Shown piece by piece: positions 11,705 to 23,100 of a stretch of DNA of 64,000 nucleotides (its first letter is position 1; every line of letters begins with the position of its first letter). Position numbers and translations under genes: made by a program. The notes under the pieces are model-generated. The model saw only the letters and a list, made by a program, of their open reading frames with translations, did not search any database and was not told where the DNA came from. Source of the DNA: Octopus bimaculoides (Eukaryota); contig NC_068995.1 in assembly GCF_001194135.2 (NCBI RefSeq), positions 41,173,359 to 41,237,358 of the forward strand. The letters run 5' to 3'.

Positions 11705-12250
11705 TATTCATAAAAACTTTAGTAAATGTGCTCTTGATTCTGTTGATAAAGGTCTCCTGTGAAATCACCCCTGGGCAACAGCTGGGCAGACCGAGTGAAG
11801 GGTATAACATCTGGACACAGTCCAGCTGTGAATAACAGTGTCACCTCAAGTGTTGCCCCCAATGAGGAGTTGAACCAAGAGAACGATGGTAAGTCATGTT
11901 AAAATCAAAATTGACTGTTCTGTTTTCCGTTGTTGGAATTTTAAAAAATGTCTTTTCACTTTTCAAGTGTCAGGTGGTGGTGTAATACTGGGGGGTGAAC
12001 AGGTGTGAATCTAAAAGGTTTTTCAGTTGAACCAGATTCAGTCATTAGGTCAAACTGAGGCAATACTTAGCCAAGATACTGTGCACTTGAATGTTACCTG
12101 GAAACCTGAAATTGCAAATTAAACACTTAAAAACCACTTGGTCATGTTTAATTCTTTTTACCTTTTTGTTTTTTGCCAAAATGGCAGTCATTGCTGTCTG
12201 ACTCTCTCACCTACTGTTGTTCATTTAATTGACGAATACCACAAATAGTA

Positions 12251-12281
<31 letters not shown>

Positions 12282-15200
12282 ACATAATTGGGCATCATCA
12301 TTTAACGTCTGCTTTCCGTGCTGGCATGGGTTAGACAGTTTGACTGGAACCGGTAAGCCAGAGAGCTGCACCAGGTTCCAGTTTGATTTTGACTTGGTTT
12401 CTACTGCTGGATGCCCTTCCTAATGCCAACAACTCCAAGAGTGTGATGGGTGCCTTTTACGCATCGCCGTCACAGGACACTTGTCTATATACATATATGC
12501 AGTTTTGTGCATGTGTGTGTGTGTGTGCACATGCATATTTAACTATGTTTATGTATTCTTGAGTATGTGTATGTTTGTGTAGCTCCTTGTGCATTCATGC
12601 TTATACACATGTGTATGCATGCTGGGAGGTGTGTGTCTGTACTGTAACTACAAGAAACTTAAGGCACATTACATTGCAAGTGAAGTGCTATGCCTAATGA
12701 CGAAAGTAAGTCATTTAAATCCTGGCTCAGCTTGTCTAATGCAGTGGTTCACAGCTGGAGTCCATATGATCCTTGGGGGTCTATATAAGATTCTTTTTGG
12801 TCCATACAAGCAAAAATAGTAAATTGGAGGTCTGCAAGTAGTGTTTTAGGGTCCATGAAAGAATTTTTGCTTTAGATGTATTTATATTGCAAGAAACAAC
12901 TAGGTTTTTTCTGACATTTTACATAGTTCCTGAAGATGTGTAAAGAAATTTTGATTTATTAAGTCTCTTAATGAATTCTTTATACTGAAATATATATTGA
13001 AGAAGATAAATATGTTCATTTGAATATATACGTTTTTGCGTCGTAACTCCTTTATTATTATTAATATAACCAAAAGGATCGATTCTTGAAGAGTCTGCAT
13101 ACCTTCACTGTCGTTTCTTTCTGCTATTTTGGTGATGATTTTTTGAGTTAGCTTACCAATCATTTTTGTTGGTAGTTNNNNNNNNNNNNNNNNNNNNNNN
13201 NNNNNNNNNNNNNNNNNNNNNNNNNGGTATGTGAAAGCACGTGGTTGGATGTATAAAAGATAATAAGAGTGAAAAAACTACAGAAGGCTTGTGTTACATG
13301 GTTAAAGTATATATTTAAATTATGTCAGAAAAATGTTAGAAAAATGTCATAAAATCTTTTTGGTATATAAACATTGTATTTTGAGAAATAACCGGTTTCG
13401 TGTTGTCTTTTCAAATTTCTCTACTTCATTGTGTCGTGTTCACTCCAGTTATATAAATATAAATATATAACTATTCCCAGTGGCTTTTTGAAACTGGCAC
13501 CACCAAGAAGAAACAGTATCATTGACAACAGCATGAAACTGTTATGATCTCTTGGACATTGACTGATGAGGAATTGGTTACAAATTTTCTGTTTGTTATG
13601 GTTTTGTGAAATTCTCTGTTATGTTTTTGTTTAATTTTTCTGTTTTTATTAAATCTTCGAAACACAAATACACATGTTGACAACTTTCTCCATCTTGTTA
13701 GAGTAACACCCAATTTTTTCTGCTGTTTTAATGGTGATACTACGTTGAAAAGATATCACTTTCTTGTCTGTATCATACAATACATATTTCAATGCTTCTA
13801 GAAAAAAACAACATATTTGTTTGTGTCCATTTATATACACACATGGTTGTTATGTACGTTATATATTTTTTAATTTTTTATTTTTCTAGATGAAGCAGAT
13901 GGCTGGGAGACTGTGCAGCGTGGAGGCAAATCTAAATCTCGAAACCACAACAATAATAATAACAGTAATGTTGTTAATAATAATAATAATAATAGTAGTC
14001 GATCTGAAAAGTCTTATCATAATAATAATAATAACAGTAATAACAATGTAGCTGGTTTTGCGAAAAGCCGACGCTCAGAAAAATACTCAAATAATCGAAC
14101 GTTTGTTGAATCCAACAACAACAACAACAACAACCATAGTTGTAATAACAGTCATAATAATAATAATAATTCAAATTTCTCCAAGTCCACCGTTTATCTT
14201 CCTGGTCAGAAGGACCGTGTCTTCAGCTCTTCACCAACTTCCATACATTCTAACTACATTTTGCCATGTTTTTCTGATCAGAAGCTCCACACAAACTGCC
14301 CCAAATCTCCCCAGCCCCACAACAACAACAACAACAACAACAACAAAAACAACAGCAGCCACACAAGAGCATACCATGGAAACCATATGACCCCGTTGTC
14401 GTCATCGTCGTCGTCAGTGAAACACTCTGTCAAGTCCCCTCCAACTCCCTCGGGTGCAGCGGAGCATGGAGGCCGGACTGGCAGGACTCAAAGGCGCGAA
14501 CACACTCCTGACCGGTTCTACGGGAGCCGAACCTGGGACTCTGGGATCGGCCTTCATGAGAGGACGCATAGTAAAGAGAGCGAGAAGGAGAACATCCCTG
14601 TGCTTGGTTGTGATCTGGATGCCAACGACGGGGATGATGAGGCTGAAGATGAACTGTTGTTGGACATATACGAACTTGAGGATTACAACTCGTTGAAAGA
14701 CGAGGAATCGGACCATGTTGTATTCAGTGAAACTGAAGAACTACATTCAATGTCTTCCCAGAAATCTCCAGAAATCTCAGATGACGACAAAGTGAATTTT
14801 GATGAGGATGAAAAGAAAGCATTTGCTGTAAGTCACCTCACTCTTTACTTATATTTTTATACTATCGACATTTTTTGGGTGCCATTTTAGCATGCAGTCT
14901 ACTTGGCCATTTACACTTTAGCATGAAGTATATCCCTAACCTAACCATAATTCTAATCCTAATCCCTAACCTTAATTCTAATCCTAAACCTTTACTCAGA
15001 TCAGGTTATTTCACAGTGTAGGCTTCAGATATTGTGGTAGACTGCATGCTAAATTAGCAATCAGTTTTTCAAATTATTTTTTTTAACACTTTAGCAATTA
15101 AACCAGTCATATCCAGTCAAAGTATTCTGCCTGTTTTATGGTCAAACTGACCAGATTTGGCCTCTCACAACAACCCTATAATATCACTCTAAAAATTAAG

Positions 15201-17116
15201 TTACCTCCTCAAAATCTCATATCTACAAGATAATGCATAATTAATTTAAAACATAATGAATAAAAAAGTATTACATTTGACGGAATAATGTAAATGCTAA
15301 ACGGTTTATCTTGTAATACTTCAGTTACCATTCTGCTTTAAACAAAGGACTGTAATAACAAAGTTATTTAATAAATTCTTCATTATTGCAAAATTAATTG
15401 AAACAAAAGCAACAAAAAAGTTCAAAATATAAAAATCTAGGCTTTTTGCTTCTTTCTGGTTAATTATTTTTACTTTTAATGAATCCATACTTTATCGAGT
15501 GTGTACGTATGATGCTTTTTATTTTGCAGGAACTGACTTCAGCCTTAGATGAAGCTGACAAGTTAAGCAGTCAGTTGGAATTGGCAAACCAACAAGAACA
15601 AAATTGGCTTGAAAAACTGGCGCAAGAAGAGAGTACTCCGATTGCTGATGTTGAAACAGAAAATGAAATTGAGGTTAAAACTTGCTTCTTTCATTCGAAT
15701 GAATCTGCACTCAGACAATGATCATCATTATTTTTATCTCTTTCCACTTCCTGGCCACTCCTACCCTCTCTTCCACAATATGAGTAGCTGTGTAGCTCCC
15801 GTACAACAAGAGAACTGTTCTGTTTTGGCCCCTCCTTAATATTTTAACCTCTCGTTTCCAAGCATAAAGCCACCTCCTTCTCTACTGTAGCCTCACTCAC
15901 TTGAAAGGGATCTTCATCATGCAAGCTGCATGGTCACCTCACTTGTGCTGGTGCCATGAATAAAGCACCCAATACACACTGTAAAGTAGATGACATTAAG
16001 AAGGGGATCAAGCTGTAGAAACCATGCCAAAGCAGGCATTGGAGGATGATGCAGACTTTTGATCCATTGGATCCTGTCAAGCAAGTCCAACCATGTTAGC
16101 GTGGAACATAGATGTTAAATGATGGTGATGACAACGATGTGTGTTTGTGTGCACCCATGTATTGGTTTACCTTTTGCCAATAAATATGTACGCTATTTAT
16201 TTGGTCTTGACTTCTATGATTATTGCTAGTTTGTCAGATTTCTTTTGTCACACATTCGGTGACCTCTTCAATGACTATCTGCGATGGTTGTAAACCACTT
16301 TCCCATGGAACCACATGTCTGGTCATGGGGAAATATTACCTTGTTTGGAAACAGGTAAGGGTTGGTGACAGGAAGAGCATCCAGCTTTAGAATATCTGCT
16401 TCAACAAATTCTATGATTATTGTTAGTTTGTCAGAGTTCTTTTGTCACACATTCGGTGACCTCTTCAATGACTATCCGTGATGGTTGTGAACCACTTTCC
16501 CATGGAACCACATGTCTGTTCATGGGGAAATATTACCTTGTTTGGAAACAGGTAAGGGTTGGTGACAGGAAGAGCATCCAGCTTTAGAAAATCTGCTTCA
16601 ACAAATTCTGTGTGATCCCAAGCAAGTATGGGATATGTGAACATTAAAACAATGTTGATGATGATATAATTAACAATAAAGGTGTAGAAATGGCAGTCAT
16701 TAAAGAGAAAAATAGAATAATTGTGGTATTCCAGCTCTCTGTGCTCCTAAGTTCAAATCATGCCAAGGTTACCTTTTGCCAGCCGTCCTTCCAATAAGTT
16801 TTTAGTCAAATTATTTGACCATTGGATGGACTATTTTATAGTATCTGAAGCAGCAGTTTCTGTTCTGATTTTAAATTGCACCAGAGCTAAACACCCCTCA
16901 CCATAAGAGTGCCCTGTCCACTGTGGAGAAGTTAGACTACAGCCTGCATTGATAAAATTGTAATGGTGTGCTGAGGCTTTCATCCATCGCTGATGAAAAA
17001 ATGACTGAATGGAAGTTTCATTTACTTTATTGGAAAGTTTCTTTTAAATTGTATCATTTAGTGATAGTCATTTCCCTAATAAACACGCACACTATTTACT
17101 TGATCTTCATTTCAGC

Positions 17117-17165
<49 letters not shown>

Positions 17166-20100
17166 GTTTATTTGTCAGAGTTCTTTCATTACACATTCTG
17201 TGACTTCTTCAATGGCTATTTATTCTTCTCTCTATCTTGTCTTCCCTCTGGTTTTGTTCTGTCTATGCTATCTTTTTTTTATATATATATNNNNNNNNNN
17301 NNNNNNNNNNNNNNNNNNNNNNNNNNNNNNNNNNNNNNNNNNNNNNNNNNNNNNNNNNNNNNNNNNNNNNNNNNNNNNNNNNNNNNNNNNNNNNNNNNNN
17401 NNNNNNNNNNNNNNNNNNNNNNNNNNNNNNNNNNNNNNNNNNNNNNNNNNNNNNNNNNNNNNNNNNNNNNNNNNNNNNNNNNNNNNNNNNNNNNNNNNNN
17501 NNNNNNNNNNNNNNNNNNNNNNNNNNNNNNNNNNNNNNNNNNNNNNNNNNNNNNNNNNNNNNNNNNNNNNNNNNNNNNNNNNNNNNNNNNNNNNNNNNNN
17601 NNNNNNNNNNNNNNNNNNNNNNNNNNNNNNNNNNNNNNNNNNNNNNNNNNNNNNNNNNNNNNNNNNNNNNNNNNNNNNNNNNNNNNNNNNNNNNNNNNNN
17701 NNNNNNNNNNNNNNNNNNNNNNNNNNNNNNNNNNNNNNNNNNNNNNNNNNNNNNNNNNNNNNNNNNNNNNNNNNNNNNNNNNNNNNNNNNNNNNNNNNNN
17801 NNNNNNNNNNNNNNNNNNNNNNNNNNNNNNNNNNNNNNNNNNNNNNNNNNNNNNNNNNNNNNNNNNNNNNNNNNNNNNNNNNNNNNNNNNNNNNNNNNNN
17901 NNNNNNNNNNNNNNNNNNNNNNNNNNNNNNNNNNNNNNNNNNNNNNNNNNNNNNNNNNNNNNNNNNNNNNNNNNNNNNNNNNNNNNNNNNNNNNNNNNNN
18001 NNNNNNNNNNNNNNNNNNNNNNNNNNNNNNNNNNNNNNNNNNNNNNNNNNNNNNNNNNNNNNNNNNNNNNNNNNNNNNNNNNNNNNNNNNNNNNNNNNNN
18101 NNNNNNNNNNNNNNNNNNNNNNNNNNNNNNNNNNNNNNNNNNNNNNNNNNNNNNNNNNNNNNNNNNNNNNNNNNNNNNNNNNNNNNNNNNNNNNNNNNNN
18201 NNNNNNNNNNNNNNNNNNNNNNNNNNNNNNNNNNNNNNNNNNAAAACGAGGCATTTGTACTACAGAGCCAGAGGCGGTTTCTGGCCGGTTGGTATTAAAA
18301 GAGTTAAAGATAAGGTGTGATACAAGGTAGATTTGTCTGCTGTATCTAGCAAGTTGAGTGACTGTATAAACGCTATTCCCTTGACTTTTGTACCGGTAAT
18401 ATTTGGATTTCACTTCATTCTGTTTGGATTTGTATCCAATCCTTATTATTGTTTTTTTTTTTTCATTCTATCTCTCAAATAGATTCTGAAAGTTATAAGA
18501 GTAAGTCGTGGGGAGAAATTGTCGACGAGGCCGACGCCAGAACTCCAGGACACGGCGTCCATATGCATGAAAAACTTTCTTCTCCATCTCGTAAACGGTA
18601 AGTAATTATTGCCACCTTCACCTCTGCATGATAGATACAGGTGTGGGTGCGTGGTTAAGAAATTTGCTTCCCAACCACATGGTTTTGAGTTTAGTCCCAG
18701 TGTGTGGCACCTTGGACAAGTGTCTTCTGCTATAGCTCTGGACTAACCAAAGCTTGTGAGTGGATTTGGTAGGTGGAAACTGAAAGAAGACCTGTGTGTG
18801 TGTGTTTATGTTTGTGTCTCCTTGTCCTTGACATCATGTGATAGTTGTAAACGAGAGTCACTGTCATACAAGCAGTATCATTTGTTTCCAAAAAATTCTG
18901 CTTGTCTGCAAGGAAATATTTCCTCTCTTGGAAATGGGTTGAGGTTGGCAACAGGAAAGGCATCCAGTCACAGAAAATCTGACCCACGCAAGCTTGGAAA
19001 AGTGAACATTAATAGTGACAATGAAAATTCTTTCATTACCTTCTCCATGTTTATTGTCTAAGTTTCACAATTTCCCTTGAGTTTGCTGTTATCTGTCTAG
19101 TTCAAGGATACTTTTTGGATTGGTTTTTTTTTTGAGACGTTCTGTGGCCAAACTGGAGCAGAAGCCCTACTATCAGTATTATTTCTTGCTTGATCAGTAA
19201 GGTCTTAGGATTAGCTGCTTTCTTACTGAGATTCTCACCACTCCTAAGCATGGGGCTAAAACCCTTATTTATTAGTTTCAGTTACAAGGGTCAATACTAG
19301 TAATCTTCTAGACTTACAAGCATGCTGTCTCCCCTTTTCGTTTTTTCTATAGTGACTCTTATGGTCTCCTTTCCTTGGAGCTGGCTGCCTCACACCTCCA
19401 GCACTCAGACACATCTGTTTACCTATATGCACTTAACATAGCATAGACCGCTGAGCACATTTTATGAAAATGAGACGGCCATACACACATAAAAAAACAA
19501 AACATAGTTAAAGTATCTTCTTAGTATATAATGGTGGCAAGTTTCACATCATCTGAAGTCATTAGTTGAACTATTAATCCTCTTGCATTCTGGTGGGTAT
19601 CGGAGCATTTGAGTGACATTAGACCCCCAACACACATCCATATATTAAATGCATCTATCTGGGCCATGATCATGGCCTGTCGATCTGTGCCTGACAGCCA
19701 TGATCGTGGCCTGTCGCACTTTGTGTTAAGATGGCTACTAAACATGGTCATTGGATACGTCTCGTGCATACACATTATATAAGAGGCATGTGAAACTGTG
19801 TTGTGAAATAAACAAACTTTTGGATCAGTTCCAATATGTTTAGTTCATATTTGACTGTAAAAAAGCCGTTTTCATAGCAGTTTGCCATGGAGAAAATTTT
19901 TGCTTTTGGTAAAAATTGTTAAACACACCAACACTCATTTCAGAGCGCCCCCTGTGAACCAATGTATGCAGTTCAAGCTTTTTAGTTATTGTCAGCACTG
20001 GATACCAATTGGGACAACCATGAAATGACTTTGGTTGTCATAGCTTCCTTATAGAAAGTCAGTCAAAACTATCTGCATGTGATGTAGGTAAATGGCTGTT

Positions 20101-23100
20101 GTAGTTTGTCCTGTGGAATGACTGCTAGTGTTTTTACCTTAAAGTGAAGACTTTCTGCATGGCAAACTGTTGTGAAAATTGCTTTTTTTTTTACAGGTCA
20201 AGCACATCCTAAATTCATTGAAACTAATCTGAAATGTTGTTGCCTCATTGAATGCATGAAAGCAAGAACTATGTGTGGCTCTAGGCAAAGGTATGGCTGA
20301 GATAGGTGCAGGTGTGGCTGTGTCATAAGCAGTGCTTCCCAACCACATAGATCCTGGTTCAGTCCTGCTGTGTGACACCTTGGGCTGGCCAAAGCCTTGT
20401 GAGTGGATTTGGTAGATGGAAGCTGAAAGAAGCCCATTATGTAAATATATATACAAGCACACATATACATATATGTGTGTTTGTACCCCACAATCACTTG
20501 ACAACTGGTGTTGGTGTGTTTACATCCCTGTAACTGTTTGGCGAAAGAGGCCAATAGAATAAGTACCAGGCTTGAAAAGATATGTATTGAGGTCGATTCA
20601 TTCAACTAAATATTCTTCGAAGTGGTGCCCCAGCATGGCCTCAGTCTAATGACTGAAACAAGTAAAAGATATATATGTATACACACAAATACACACTATT
20701 TAAATGTATGGCAGGCATTTAAAGAATTAATTAGGATTCTTCTGTCTTTTTCTCTCTCCACATCACCTCTTCTTTGGAATTAGGTCTCCCACTGAACGAA
20801 AGAAGCGTCATGAACAGAAGCAAGCCAAAGCACAGGAACTCCGTACAAAACTGAACCGAGAGAAGGCTGCTAGATTAAAAGAAATCTCAAGGAAGGTATG
20901 AAGCCGACTATTTTTGGTCATTTTTGATTGCTGTCTCTTGGATTGTTAGCATCAATTTGGATACGATGTAAGCACTACTTCATCAATTCTTCTCATCCTA
21001 ACACCCCATACTGACTCTACTCCATCTCTGCTAGTCGTCCACTTGTCATAAACCTCAGCCCCATCACCTAAACTTCATTGTAACCCCATGTCTTAACTAT
21101 AAACTTTAACTAAATATAGAAATAAAGTTTTTGTAGAACCACCCACCATTTCAAATAAGTTTTGGTTCTGAAACCCACCGCTACTGCCACTTCAATAATT
21201 CTCCCTCCCCCCATCCAAAACTGACTTGAAACTATAAAATTCTAATTCTGAAATATCATCGGACTAGAGATAACCAAGTTACAACAGGTATATAGTCCAT
21301 TTTTTAAATTCTATAGTGCATTGTTATACCTTTCTAAACCTTTTATTCTTTACAAACAATACACAATGCTGCAAGCAAACTACAATACTCTCTTATAAAA
21401 TTAACTCTTTCATTGTTAATAACATATGGAATCACTCCATCACACTGACTTACATCCCTAGGCTTTACTTCTTAATCTTACAATGGTTATGATCTGAGGA
21501 TCTTGTTTGTGTGTGTGTACACACACACACACATACATACATATACATGTAAAAGCATCCTTGCTGGTGACATAAAAATGACCCACTACTCTCTTGGAGC
21601 GGTTGTCGTTAGAAAGGACATCTCGCCACAGAAACCATGCCAAATCAGACAGGAACCTGGTATAGGTTTCGATGATGTAATTGTGTATTTTTAGAACAAC
21701 ATTGTATGATATGTGTGACAGGCCAGATCTGGCTGGTTTGAACATAAAACAGATAGGATACTTTGAACGGATATGGTTGCTTTAAATAAGTTGGTGCTTA
21801 AAAGTACCTCTGAAAGTTGACCATGTCTGTCTCATCGGTTTAATTTTTTTATTGTATGTATATTATTACCCAGGTTGAAGAGGTTCGAGCTTGGAAAGAT
21901 GATTTACTTCGTCAGAAAAAGGCTACCATGGAACGGAAACTACTTCAGGCTGAAGAGAAACGCCAGATGCAACTCAAAATGAAGGCACAGAAGGCTCATG
22001 ATGAAGAGGCCAAGGTTAATATTTAATTGCAATTACCTGCCTGGTTTTCATATTGCTTCAGTGTAGCGTGTTCATTTATTGTGAATGTTGTTGTTGTTGT
22101 TGTTGCTATGGCTTCCCTTTTCTTTTTTTTGTTTCATTGTTTTAAAAGAATAACTTTTTCATTTCTGTTTTAACACAACTGTCCTGTAATACTTTAACTT
22201 CAACCTGTCTCTAATTACACTCACATATTCACCTGGAATATTGCACAAGTGCTTTACACACCTGGCTGCCCTCTACATAGAACAAGCAGACCACCTGATT
22301 AGTTAGTTGATTCACCCAAAACAGATGTTAAATGTCAACATGCATCCAATAGCATTCAGTGTCCAGACTACATGACATTATATCTTGGAATGATTGTAGA
22401 ACATGGTCTCAGACCCTACTAGCTGATGGCATTTTTTAAGTAGATGACACCTGTAAGTCGGTTCTAAATCTTAAAATTACTCTTCCATGTGAATCCTTAA
22501 ACATGCTGGAGATAATTTCTTCATTTGGTTATGTTGTCACATATGAGGCCACAGTGAAAGGTTTTAGAGGTGTGAAGCAGTGGTTCTCAACTGGGGTCCA
22601 TGTTGCCCTTCCCTTGGAGGTCCATATAAGATTTTGTTGTTAGAATTTTTCTGCAATAAATTAACCACTTTTTATACAGTTCCTAATAATATTTGATTAT
22701 AAAAATACAGCAGTTTTTAAACATTGAATGACTAATGAGGGTCCCCACTTCCTGTGTAAGATAGGAATCAACGGGGTCCATAAGCAAAAACTGGTTGAGA
22801 ATCACTGGTATAGAGAATTGAAGTGATTGTATTTTCTGATTGGTTGTTTATTATATAGCCATCAGAATAGTGAACTGAACTCCTGCTCAGTTTGAACTCA
22901 GAATGTTAGGAGATGGAGAAAATAGTGTCTGGGTATTTAATCATTTAATCTACCACTTGAAGTGGAGGTGCAATGGCCCAGTGGTTAGGGCAGTGGACTC
23001 GCGGTCATAGGATCGCAGTTTCGATTCCCAGACCAAGCGTTGTGAGTGTTTATTGAGCGAAAACACCTAAAAGCTCCACGAGGCTCCGGCGGGGGATGGT

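Noticed and set aside
16968-18413. Long ORFs of 350-450 aa in the supplied track (also 35583-36236, 58040-58834, 61170-61796)
   Set aside because: They are read-through of N runs, not real coding sequence.
19940-19965. CTCF-like motif gcgccccctgtg
   Set aside because: Partial match only and a single short site, expected by chance or from a transposon.
22962-23030. tRNA genes (also about 1042-1100, 27620-27690, 40285-40355)
   Set aside because: A and B boxes are present but no complete cloverleaf or acceptor stem, and each continues into a SINE body.
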